The notes under the pieces are model-generated. The model was not told where the DNA came from, ran no database searches, and saw nothing but the letters and a program-made list of their open reading frames with translations. Positions 58,401-64,000 of a stretch of 64,000 nucleotides of DNA are shown in pieces. Source of the DNA: a virus. The translations under genes were made by a program, and so were the position numbers. Numbering within the stretch: position 1 is the first letter of the stretch; every line of letters starts with the position of its first letter. Location: positions 1 through 64,000 of the IMG/VR virus record IMGVR_UViG_3300018044_000001. One strand, written 5' to 3'.

Positions 58401-60090
58401 CGTCAGGACCGACAAATACTTGCTTGGGGGGTTCTGGTGGATTGAGGGTGGCTTCGGTGTTCGCGTCTTGGACGGCGAGAGTGCCCTTGAGGAACACTGG
58501 ACCTTGTGCTCCGGCAATGAACGGTTCGTCGGCTTCCGGCATGGAGTACAGGGGCAGCCCGTTCTTTGCGCGCCAGTCGTTCAACGTGATACGACCGTTG
58601 TTGACGGTCTGTGTGTCGGCGTTGGCCTGTTGCAGAATGTCCTGCTCAGAACCGCCAGTGTCTTGACAAGTAGCGGTAATCTCACGACCGATACCAAGGT
58701 AGCGACGAGCTAGGTCGTTTTGTACGTCAATCAGGAAGTTGACAAACGCTTCAGTGACGAAGTGTTCGGTCTGGTCTTCCTCGCCCTCCATCTGGCGACC
58801 GCCAGACAGTCCAGCCTTTGCCTGCACACCTAACTGTGTCGCGGGAACGCCAAACTTGGACCCCATCTGAATGATGAGAAAATTGTCGTAGTCCGACTTG
58901 TAGTGCTCTTCAATTTGCGGTGGCCACTCGGGCTTCATGCCGGGAGGCAACAGGAACGCTTGCTGACGACGGTTGATCTGACCGCTCAAACGGTCATTCA
59001 TGGTCTGTTCATATCCGAATTGTTGTTCAGGCGTCCACCCTGTCGGATTGTCCTTGTCCATCGTGTAGTACGTTTTGGGGGACATTCCGTAAACGTATTC
59101 AGACCTCATCCACGCCTGACGCTGCAGATACGTCGTAGCGACTGTCATGACCTCTTCGGTCGGAGGATAGCCATAGACAGATTCGGGACGGGGACGACGG
59201 ATGTAATACGCCAACTGGTCGCTGGCAAACTCACCCTCGACGGGGCCATCGCCAGCTTGGAATTCCCCGCGTGGAAAGCCGTATAAGATTTGCTGGAAGG
59301 CAGGGGCGGGAGGCTCGGGAGGAAAGCCCTGATTGTCGAGCAGTATCTTAATCGTGCTCGTGTCAATCGGTGCCAGCGCAAAGAGATCGCCGCCAAGGGT
59401 CCGCTGTGGGTATATGCAGATACCGTCATATACCAGGGACTGCCAGATGATCTCCGCGAGCCACTGTGAGGGCGAGTGCTTGCTGCGCTGGTCGGGACGC
59501 TCGAAGAACGACTTAACGCGATCAAGCTCGGTGCCGTATTTGTCGGCGGCGAGGGCCATGGCGCGGGCGTGGTTCGCTTCGCCCGTGTCTCGCATAATCT
59601 GTTCAATAATTGAGTCGCTATACCCCCACGACCAATCGCGACCACAGATGCCGTCTTGTACCAACTGGATGCACCTATTGACCACATCACATTCTTCTGC
59701 AATCCACTTCAGCGCGGTCCACGGGAGTGCTCTGTCCGCGAGTTGTAAATTTATGGCTACCAGGTACTGTGCACGACGCGGTAGGGCACGACCGCCAGGA
59801 CCAAGCGCGTCTATCGCGTCAGGGAAGAGTGGTACGCCCGGACCAAAGCCAGAGTTGAAATCACCCAGAGGACGAGGCAACGGCACATATCCCGGCACTT
59901 GTCCTGCCGTCTGTGCAAACGGTGACGACGGGTTGGGAATGTACGTAGCACCGCTAACAGCGCGGCCCTGCGAGTTGGCAGCGGCCGCGACAATATCGCG
60001 ACTCATCGCCTTCTCGACGCCCGCCTCAACCGCTGCACTGAGTGCAGCCTGTTTGCGTTCTGTACGGCGCGACAGGATGGGGATGGCCAA
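55423..60090 (-). CDS. portal protein fused to Nudix, 2H phosphoesterase, ADP-ribosyltransferase and MuF domains
   Basis: portal (AFQQILYGFP, SVYGYPPTE, FGVPATQLG); Nudix WEWPGG..REWQAEVG; 2H HLTV/HITL; ART VYRG..ESTT..QGEVILPRG; MuF CEDC..HPLCRC. Confidence 0.88.
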   Translation of the reverse strand: MAIPILSRRTERKQAALSAAVEAGVEKAMSRDIVAAAANSQGRAVSGATYIPNPSSPFAQTAGQVPGYVPLPRPLGDFNSGFGPGVPLFPDAIDALGPGGRALPRRAQYLVAINLQLADRALPWTALKWIAEECDVVNRCIQLVQDGICGRDWSWGYSDSIIEQIMRDTGEANHARAMALAADKYGTELDRVKSFFERPDQRSKHSPSQWLAEIIWQSLVYDGICIYPQRTLGGDLFALAPIDTSTIKILLDNQGFPPEPPAPAFQQILYGFPRGEFQAGDGPVEGEFASDQLAYYIRRPRPESVYGYPPTEEVMTVATTYLQRQAWMRSEYVYGMSPKTYYTMDKDNPTGWTPEQQFGYEQTMNDRLSGQINRRQQAFLLPPGMKPEWPPQIEEHYKSDYDNFLIIQMGSKFGVPATQLGVQAKAGLSGGRQMEGEEDQTEHFVTEAFVNFLIDVQNDLARRYLGIGREITATCQDTGGSEQDILQQANADTQTVNNGRITLNDWRAKNGLPLYSMPEADEPFIAGAQGPVFLKGTLAVQDANTEATLNPPEPPKQVFVGPDGKPLPTAPDGSPVPPPAANNGGTDANANGSTPDDNSGRKPTGSAAGGTSTDSDGNTELTGSSPSKDSSASDSKSESDTDAEKELKSFVKFAKARIDRGSWRDFSFSAVASVQGRHLNDLGRAGDLDAIKSVVNAQPDAAGIIVLAADTGRVLMVQRVNDDHLAPGTWEWPGGQCHKGEDAFSGATREWQAEVGLPLPQGDITGSWLTPDGTYQAFVLQIKHESAIDLGDVTDRDTGEIAAAAWWEPSDVVGNSAVRVECQSSDWSLLGAVKSAQAYDLNPRSGMISLDVPDGVITPLSGGITDFHLTVVYLGPDVDDKSFAEACDAARKAAKDAPGPLTGTISGIASFAPSASSDGLKPVYVVPNIAGITDLREALEDLSASEHDFMPHITLAYLDPDDPLPKPLPLTPLTFDYLSVHRGDEVVRFALGGDKANNAVKADPKDPAHSRGLTTPEQLAKWGDSWETQERNAQGEFGSGGGHVTSYEDLYGRGGGRTSSPSASRPPDVTGGSHNEDGARTAHISGGGGRAAASSGESNPCVYSPPFEGMKPTAAERQLAAIHDAGTFKEERPLTASEARAVSDYTRPAGGADVNIGLRESGSTRGFAGQVKGLDSAIASRTVTADTTVYRGFTNAAPLEGLKVGDTYHDPGYESTTMLREMANQYGDFRPGHNVEINIPAGSHALMTWTGQGEVILPRGSDYVVTGIKKDGTIQFTVQTPSAAKSVGSWTLPPWLAKATHPIDALRDAIVAHYAPLLTAALKHSTKGLHQAIDEAQRKTAAKAVADAGGGADDQGIAQSAAAMNVTVAQSSAAQILRDLIAESYMVGSHAAAQQISPDAQMAIGTALSWDDWTPGSIQASDLVANGGLQQLLEQAGITIKSAIDNGIDRVGNVLADGIARGDSVDTIATSLSDAVTANAYMIADTECCRAAETASQDTYEVNGISQWGWIAEDNACEDCLENADNGPYDVGTDDPSIPEHPLCRCASTAVTGYE

Positions 60091-60147
60091 AGTTGTCCCC
60101 TCCTTAAAGGGTACGGAAACTTACCCTATGGGTAAGCTAAGTGGCTC

Positions 60148-60657
60148 TTAAACCTCTTGCAGTAGAAAGGGAGTCCACTCGGGTGATACGGCATACAGCA
60201 ATAGTCTCGCGTGCGCGCCGCGAGGGCGCGTGGGCTTGTGCAGGAGCGGCATCTTGGCCTGCTCCGGCGTGCGATTGCCCTTGTGGTGATTGCATTTCCT
60301 GCACGACGCGACGACGTTCTCCCACGTGTGCGTACCACCCTGAGCACGTGGCACCAGATGGTCCATGGTGTCTGCAGGATCGCCACAGAATGCGCACGAT
60401 CCGCCGTCACGAGCGATGACGGTCCGTGTCGTGAGGGGAATGCTCCGACCCCTCGGCACATTGACAAACCGTCTCAGACGCACCACGCTGGGCAACGTGA
60501 AGTTCACATATTGACTGTGCACAACGGTATCGCTGTCGAGCACGACATCCGCTGTCTGATCTAACACCAGCAGCAACGCACGCCGCGCATCACAAACATG
60601 CAACGGTTCTCCGCTGGCGTTGAGTAGTAACGATCTGACCTGTCTACCAGGTGGCAT
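60148..60657 (-). CDS. HNH endonuclease
   Basis: LLLNASGEPL, RDGGSCAFCG, TMDHLVPRAQGG, WENVVASCRKCNHHKG. Confidence 0.9.
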   Translation of the reverse strand: MPPGRQVRSLLLNASGEPLHVCDARRALLLVLDQTADVVLDSDTVVHSQYVNFTLPSVVRLRRFVNVPRGRSIPLTTRTVIARDGGSCAFCGDPADTMDHLVPRAQGGTHTWENVVASCRKCNHHKGNRTPEQAKMPLLHKPTRPRGAHARLLLYAVSPEWTPFLLQEV

Positions 60658-60675
60658 GCTCCAGTCCTCTTTTCG

Positions 60676-60749
60676 TCCTGGTGGAGGGATTCGAACCCTC
60701 AACGCGTGGTCCTTGAAGCCACCGCCTCTGCCGGTTGGGCTACACCAGG
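60676..60749 (-). tRNA. tRNA-Leu(CAA), short variable loop
   Basis: CCTGGTG/CACCAGG acceptor, loop TTCAAGG, TTCGAAT; C31.A39 mismatch. Confidence 0.7.
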
Positions 60750-60773
60750 TAGCGTTATGACATCGTAGTCCAG

Positions 60774-60845
60774 AGCCAACGACGTGAGTCGAACACGCAA
60801 CAACGAAGGTACGAGCTTCGCTTCCATCCGTAGGAACTCGCTGGC
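60774..60845 (-). tRNA. tRNA-Thr(CGT), atypical D-arm
   Basis: GCCAGCG/CGTTGGC; CGAAG-CTCGTAC-CTTCG. Confidence 0.75.
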
Positions 60846-60891
60846 AAGCGGCCGTTCTTGTTAAACCGGGAACATGCCCTAAAGCCGGTCG

Positions 60892-60974
60892 TGCGGATGG
60901 TGGGACTTGAACCCACATGCCTAACGGCAGTCGCTTTTAAGGCGACCGTGTATACCAATTCCAACCACATCCGC
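60892..60974 (-). tRNA. tRNA-Leu(TAA)
   Basis: GTCGC-CTTAAAA-GCGAC, long variable arm. Confidence 0.92.
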
Positions 60975-60978
60975 GTAG

Positions 60979-61052
60979 CACCCCTGGCGGGACTCGAACC
61001 CGCATCATACCATTACGGTTACTTGCTTAGAAGACAAGACCGATACAGGGGC
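60979..61052 (-). tRNA. non-canonical tRNA-Arg(TCT)-like, no 5' D-arm
   Basis: GCCCCTG-TA-TCGGT-CTTGT-CTTCTAA-GCAAG-TA-ACCG-TAATGG..T-arm. Confidence 0.7.
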
Positions 61053-61053
61053 G

Positions 61054-61129
61054 TGACGGGGGCGGGATTTGAACCACGCGACCTCTAGGTTATGGGCCTA
61101 GCGAGCTGACCAAACTGCTCTACCCCGCG
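61054..61129 (-). tRNA. initiator-like tRNA-Met(CAT)
   Basis: CGCGGGG start with 1:72 mismatch; CTAGG-CCCATAA-CCTAG. Confidence 0.8.
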
Positions 61130-61201
61130 TGGCAGATGTTGGTATCGAGCCAACCAGACACGATCCTTATGAGAGATCGCCGCTTACCCTGAGCAACTGC
61201 C
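61130..61201 (-). tRNA. atypical tRNA-Met/Ile2(CAT)
   Basis: CGATCT-CTCATAA-GGATCG; shortened connector and D-arm, T-loop CTCGATA. Confidence 0.6.
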
Positions 61202-61203
61202 GG

Positions 61204-61276
61204 GGTGACGGGGGGAACTCGAATCCCCTTGCACTAGGGCCACAACCTAGCCGCGTACCACGATGCGTCCCGTCAC
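61204..61276 (-). tRNA. tRNA-His(GTG)
   Basis: CTAGG-TTGTGGC-CCTAG; C discriminator. Confidence 0.8.
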
Positions 61277-61278
61277 AG

Positions 61279-61349
61279 TACCAGTGGAAGGTGTCGAACC
61301 TCCGTCCCAACTTTGTAAGAGTTGTCGTCTCCCGTTGACATACACTGGC
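61279..61349 (-). tRNA. tRNA-Val(TAC)
   Basis: CAACT-CTTACAA-AGTTG. Confidence 0.8.
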
Positions 61350-61353
61350 GTAG

Positions 61354-61425
61354 TGCTCCTACCCGGACTCGAACCGAGAATGCCTGCTTAAAGGGCAGAA
61401 CCGTTTCCATTACGATCATAGGAGC
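61354..61425 (-). tRNA. tRNA-Lys(TTT)
   Basis: CTGC-CCTTTAA-GCAG (C33). Confidence 0.75.
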
Positions 61426-61427
61426 AA

Positions 61428-61502
61428 TGGTAGGCGACCAGGGAATCGAACCCTGTATCAGACCATATCAGAGTCTGCGATTAGCCGTCTTCTTCGTCGC
61501 CC
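61428..61502 (-). tRNA. tRNA-Ile(GAT), CCA encoded
   Basis: CAGACT-CTGATAT-GGTCTG; weak D-arm. Confidence 0.75.
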
Positions 61503-61503
61503 G

Positions 61504-61578
61504 TGGTGGTCCCTGTCGGACTCGAACCGACCTCTCTGCGTCTTCAGCGCGGCGCTAATCCGTCTCAGCTAAAGGACC
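61504..61578 (-). tRNA. tRNA-Phe(GAA), CCA encoded
   Basis: GCG-CTGAAGA-CGC; canonical T-arm. Confidence 0.8.
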
Positions 61579-61582
61579 GTAG

Positions 61583-61659
61583 TGCGGGCCGCGGGACTCG
61601 AACCCGCATGGACCGTATTACCCTTTCAACATTTCATAAGAATGAGGGGATACGCCCGC
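61583..61659 (-). tRNA. non-canonical tRNA-Ile(TAT)-like, no 5' D-arm
   Basis: GCGGGCG-TA-TCCCC-TCATT-CTTATGA-AATG..AGGG-TAATACGG..T-arm. Confidence 0.62.
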
Positions 61660-61661
61660 AA

Positions 61662-61735
61662 TGGAGCCGATGGCAGGAGTTGAACCCGCGTCTGGTGAGT
61701 ACAAAACACCTGTACTTCCGTTGTACGACACCGGC
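61662..61735 (-). tRNA. tRNA-Thr(TGT), CCA encoded
   Basis: GGTGT-TTTGTAC-TCACC. Confidence 0.85.
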
Positions 61736-61738
61736 AAA

Positions 61739-61886
61739 TGTCGCCCCTAGTCGCGTCGAAATCCTTGGGTAGCTAATCCCAACCTGCTGCGGTTACCAAG
61801 CGCAGCCACGACCAATGGAACCCTCCGCGTACGAGTAACGCGGCACCAGTCACGGACTATTAACCGTTGTCAGGGGTGGGGCGACA
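61739..61886 (-). ncRNA. unassigned structured RNA within the tRNA array
   Basis: 9-bp closing stem TGTCGCCCC/GGGGCGACA enclosing four hairpins. Confidence 0.6.
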
Positions 61887-61887
61887 G

Positions 61888-61960
61888 CTCCGAGGGTAGG
61901 AATCGAACCCACGCGCACTGGGTCCAAGGCCCAGCTACGAAACCAACATCGTACCTCGGA
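61888..61960 (-). tRNA. tRNA-Gln(TTG)
   Basis: CTGGG-CCTTGGA-CCCAG (C33). Confidence 0.8.
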
Positions 61961-61961
61961 A

Positions 61962-62035
61962 TGGAACGGCTGACCCGACTCGAACGGGCGTATTCAGGGT
62001 GGAAACCTGACGCTCTGCCTCTGAGCTACAACCGC
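61962..62035 (-). tRNA. tRNA-Gly(TCC), CCA encoded
   Basis: TCAGG-TTTCCAC-CCTGA. Confidence 0.9.
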
Positions 62036-62036
62036 A

Positions 62037-62111
62037 TGGAGCGACTAGCGGGAGTCGAACCCGCACTTGCACCATGGCGAGGTGCCGTCATAGCCACTAG
62101 ACCATAATCGC
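62037..62111 (-). tRNA. tRNA-Gly(GCC), CCA encoded
   Basis: GCACC-TCGCCAT-GGTGC (C33). Confidence 0.87.
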
Positions 62112-62113
62112 AT

Positions 62114-62188
62114 TGGAGCGCAGGGTCGGAATCGAACCGACGAAAATGCGGGTTGCAGCCGCACGCCTTCCCATTCAGCCACCTACGC
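62114..62188 (-). tRNA. tRNA-Cys(GCA), CCA encoded
   Basis: TGCGG-CTGCAAC-CCGCA; U discriminator. Confidence 0.9.
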
Positions 62189-62192
62189 ACAG

Positions 62193-62266
62193 CTCCGGCG
62201 GGAAGAGTCGAACTTCCATGATGAGCACCTTAACGGGATGCTGGCTTGCCATTAGCCCACACCGGA
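62193..62266 (-). tRNA. tRNA-Asn(GTT)
   Basis: GCATC-CCGTTAA-GGTGC (C33). Confidence 0.83.
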
Positions 62267-62270
62267 ATAG

Positions 62271-62342
62271 TGATCCGTACCAGAATCGAACTGGTGTCTC
62301 AGGCTTGAGGGGCCTGCGTACGTACCTCTGTACCAACGGATC
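62271..62342 (-). tRNA. tRNA-Glu(CTC)
   Basis: CAGGC-CCCTCAA-GCCTG (C33). Confidence 0.83.
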
Positions 62343-62358
62343 TTTGTACTAATAGACT

Positions 62359-62434
62359 TGGTACTCCCAGTCGGAATCGAACCGGCGTTTCGACCTTGAA
62401 AGAGTCGCGTCCTCTGCCGCTAGACGATGGGAGC
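62359..62434 (-). tRNA. tRNA-Glu(TTC), CCA encoded
   Basis: CGACT-CTTTCAA-GGTCG. Confidence 0.92.
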
Positions 62435-62439
62435 CTTCG

Positions 62440-62622
62440 TTACATCCACACCAACTGTTCCACCATCGCATTGATCGACAACCCGACGAACGACAGCAAC
62501 AGAATCAGACCCATGAACACCAACGACACTACGTCAAGTTGTACCGTCAAGAATAGCGGGATCGCAAGTAGCCACGCGGTGCGATAGATCCACGACTCGA
62601 TGCGTTGCAGGCGGTCAATCAT
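62440..62622 (-). CDS. small membrane protein inside the tRNA array
   Basis: AAGGAG RBS; two hydrophobic segments. Confidence 0.6.
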   Translation of the reverse strand: MIDRLQRIESWIYRTAWLLAIPLFLTVQLDVVSLVFMGLILLLSFVGLSINAMVEQLVWM

Positions 62623-62641
62623 GTGGCTCCTTTTGTTGCAG

Positions 62642-62725
62642 CGGAAAGTCGGCGAGTCGGACGCCATGGCTTGCACCACCAACGCGCTTCCAACGCGTGC
62701 CCATCACCGTCAGGGTTGACTTTCC
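62642..62725 (-). tRNA. tRNA-Ser(GGA), 8/4 type
   Basis: GGAAAGTC/GACTTTCC acceptor, 4-bp T-stem, ACGCG-TTGGAAG-CGCGT. Confidence 0.8.
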
Positions 62726-62788
62726 ATGGCGCAACGCCTACACGCGCAGTGCACAGCGCCACCTCCACCCACTTCCTCGGCGTTGCAG

Positions 62789-62872
62789 CGGATGACGGGC
62801 CATTCGAAGACCAAGCCGTGAAGCTCACACCGCTTTCGAGGCGGGTCTGGTTCCCTGTCCAGTTCATCATCC
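62789..62872 (-). tRNA. tRNA-Ser(CGA), 8/4 type
   Basis: GGATGATG/CGTCATCC, GGTC-TTCGAAT-GGCC, CCGC-CTCGAAA-GCGG. Confidence 0.8.
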
Positions 62873-62876
62873 AGAG

Positions 62877-62961
62877 CGGTAGGGTGAGAGCACGATTCCC
62901 AGGCCAAGAGGCCCCAGACGGGTTCAAGCCGTCGCCGCTAACCCTGAACGGTTACCCTACC
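62877..62961 (-). tRNA. tRNA-Ser(TGA), 8/4 type
   Basis: GGTAGGGT/ACCCTACC, GACGG-CTTGAAC-CCGTC, T-loop ATCGTGC. Confidence 0.78.
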
Positions 62962-62962
62962 G

Positions 62963-63046
62963 CGGAAGACGGGATACTCGAAAACCACACCTTGCAGTGC
63001 GCACTCGTTAGCAGCGAGGCCCGGCACCCTGTCCGGTTCGTCTTCC
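62963..63046 (-). tRNA. tRNA-Ser(GCT), 8/4 type
   Basis: GGAAGACG/CGTCTTCC, CTCG-CTGCTAA-CGAG. Confidence 0.8.
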
Positions 63047-63050
63047 TTAG

Positions 63051-63123
63051 CGTCGCCGGTGGGACTCGAACCCACATCTCCCATTACGGCTACCGACTTA
63101 GGAGGTCGGGCCGGTACGACGAC
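63051..63123 (-). tRNA. non-canonical tRNA-Arg(CCT)-like, no 5' D-arm
   Basis: GTCGTCG-TA-CCGGC-CCGAC-CTCCTAA-GTCGG-TA-GCCG-TAATGG..T-arm. Confidence 0.72.
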
Positions 63124-63124
63124 A

Positions 63125-63198
63125 TGGAGCCTACGCACAGAGTTGAACTGTGATCTCTGGTGTACCACGCCAGGACTCTTCCGCTGAGCTACGCAGGC
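63125..63198 (-). tRNA. tRNA-Thr(GGT), CCA encoded
   Basis: CTGGC-GTGGTAC-ACCAG; GCC acceptor start. Confidence 0.8.
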
Positions 63199-63308
63199 AA
63201 TAGGTAGAGCTTCCCACACTCCCGAGTGCGTACATTCACCCGGCTACGTCGTAAACGACGGGTGTACCAGATGGCGTTGGCTGTCATGGCTGGTGGTAAA
63301 ACGGCTCG

Positions 63309-63382
63309 TACCCCCGGCACGATTCGAACGCGCGTCTCCTGATCCGTAGTCAGGTGCTACAAATCCACTCAGCTACGGGGGC
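63309..63382 (-). tRNA. tRNA-Arg(ACG)
   Basis: CCTGA-CTACGGA-TCAGG. Confidence 0.9.
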
Positions 63383-63383
63383 A

Positions 63384-63461
63384 TGGCGGAAATGACGGGA
63401 TTCGAACCCGCGGTCTGGACCTTGACGGGGTCCCGAGGACGGCCAACTCCTCTACATCTCC
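63384..63461 (-). tRNA. tRNA-Asp(GTC), CCA encoded
   Basis: GGACC-CCGTCAA-GGTCC (C33). Confidence 0.9.
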
Positions 63462-63465
63462 ATCG

Positions 63466-63538
63466 CTCCGAGGGGAGGATTCGGACCCCCGACATCAAGG
63501 TTCAGAGCCTTGCGTTCTGCCCACTGAACTACCTCGGA
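63466..63538 (-). tRNA. tRNA-Gln(CTG)
   Basis: CAAGG-CTCTGAA-CCTTG. Confidence 0.87.
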
Positions 63539-63543
63539 ATGAG

Positions 63544-63617
63544 TCTGGGTGGCAGGATTTGAACCTGCGCTCTCCTGGTCCCAGGCCAGGCGCGTTTCCA
63601 AGCTTCGCTACACCCAG
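63544..63617 (-). tRNA. tRNA-Pro(TGG)
   Basis: CCTGG-CCTGGGA-CCAGG (C33). Confidence 0.88.
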
Positions 63618-63620
63618 TTG

Positions 63621-63692
63621 TCCACCTGAAGGGAATCGAACCCCCACGAACTCGTTAAGAGCGAGTCACGCTAGCCATTACGTCACAGGTGG
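63621..63692 (-). tRNA. tRNA-Lys(CTT)
   Basis: ACTCG-CTCTTAA-CGAGT. Confidence 0.85.
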
Positions 63693-63990
63693 TCAATCGT
63701 GCAATATGTTTACGGATGGCATTATCCGACACGCCTAGCTTGCGACCCAGTTGTAGGTAGTTGCTGTCTTGCAACATGGCAAGTAGTTCGTCCAGGGGTG
63801 GCCATGCGATCTTTGTCTTATGCGGCACCTTGTAACGGCGCTGTACTTTGACTTTGGGTGGCTTCTCTGGATTGGTGACCTGAGCATGACAGTTCGGACA
63901 CAGAAACCGCAAGTTCTCTTTGCGGTCGTCCTCCCAATCGTTGTTAATATGGTCAACCTCTAGCACCAGTGAGTGGCCCTGCCACTTTCC
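63655..63990 (-). CDS. HNH endonuclease with C-terminal HTH, 5' end outside window
   Basis: LEVDHINNDWEDDRKENLRFLCPNCH, LGRKLGVSDNAIRKH. Confidence 0.8.
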   Translation of the reverse strand, partial: GKWQGHSLVLEVDHINNDWEDDRKENLRFLCPNCHAQVTNPEKPPKVKVQRRYKVPHKTKIAWPPLDELLAMLQDSNYLQLGRKLGVSDNAIRKHIARLTTCDVMASVTRS

Positions 63991-64000
63991 AGTGTTGTCG

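Noticed and set aside
60676-60749. Possible UCA (opal suppressor) reading of the anticodon loop
   Set aside because: Standard numbering from the D-arm places CAA at 34-36 with G37 and an A discriminator, consistent with Leu.
60658-63650. ORF-track ORFs overlapping the tRNA array, including the 5' extension of HNH to 60918
   Set aside because: They overlap well-formed tRNAs; the HNH has its own AGGA RBS and ATG at 60657.

Overview
GC-rich fragment of a large tailed (siphovirus-like) phage, probably infecting Actinomycetota (Lsr2 domain, leaderless TTGACA/TAnnnT promoters). Three blocks are present. (1) A + strand accessory/early arm (1-21.2 kb) of tightly coupled small genes: DnaN clamp, two DNA methyltransferases (one broken at a G8 tract), MazG, ParB-like, DUF5131, SLOG, a Ro60/TROVE gene preceded by three Y-RNA-like genes, a metallophosphoesterase and a cyclic-phosphate receiver domain. 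(2) A - strand virion/lysis operon (21.3-60.1 kb): multidomain portal-Nudix-2H-ART-MuF fusion, XkdF protease, scaffold, major capsid, tail genes, tape measure, endolysin and an embedded Xer-like tyrosine recombinase. (3) A - strand array of 31 tRNA/tRNA-like genes (60.7-63.7 kb). The most striking observations, all read manually: a palindromic GAAAG-N6-CTTTC site with a variable spacer at 24 or more gene junctions (candidate cassette-shuffling or regulatory system); a major capsid gene split by five group I introns whose removal restores a 596-aa ORF; three re-wired tRNAs (anticodons UCU, CCU, UAU) with the D-loop moved 3' of the anticodon arm; and four 8/4-type tRNA-Ser. No database searches were run, so protein calls rest on recognised motifs and synteny.
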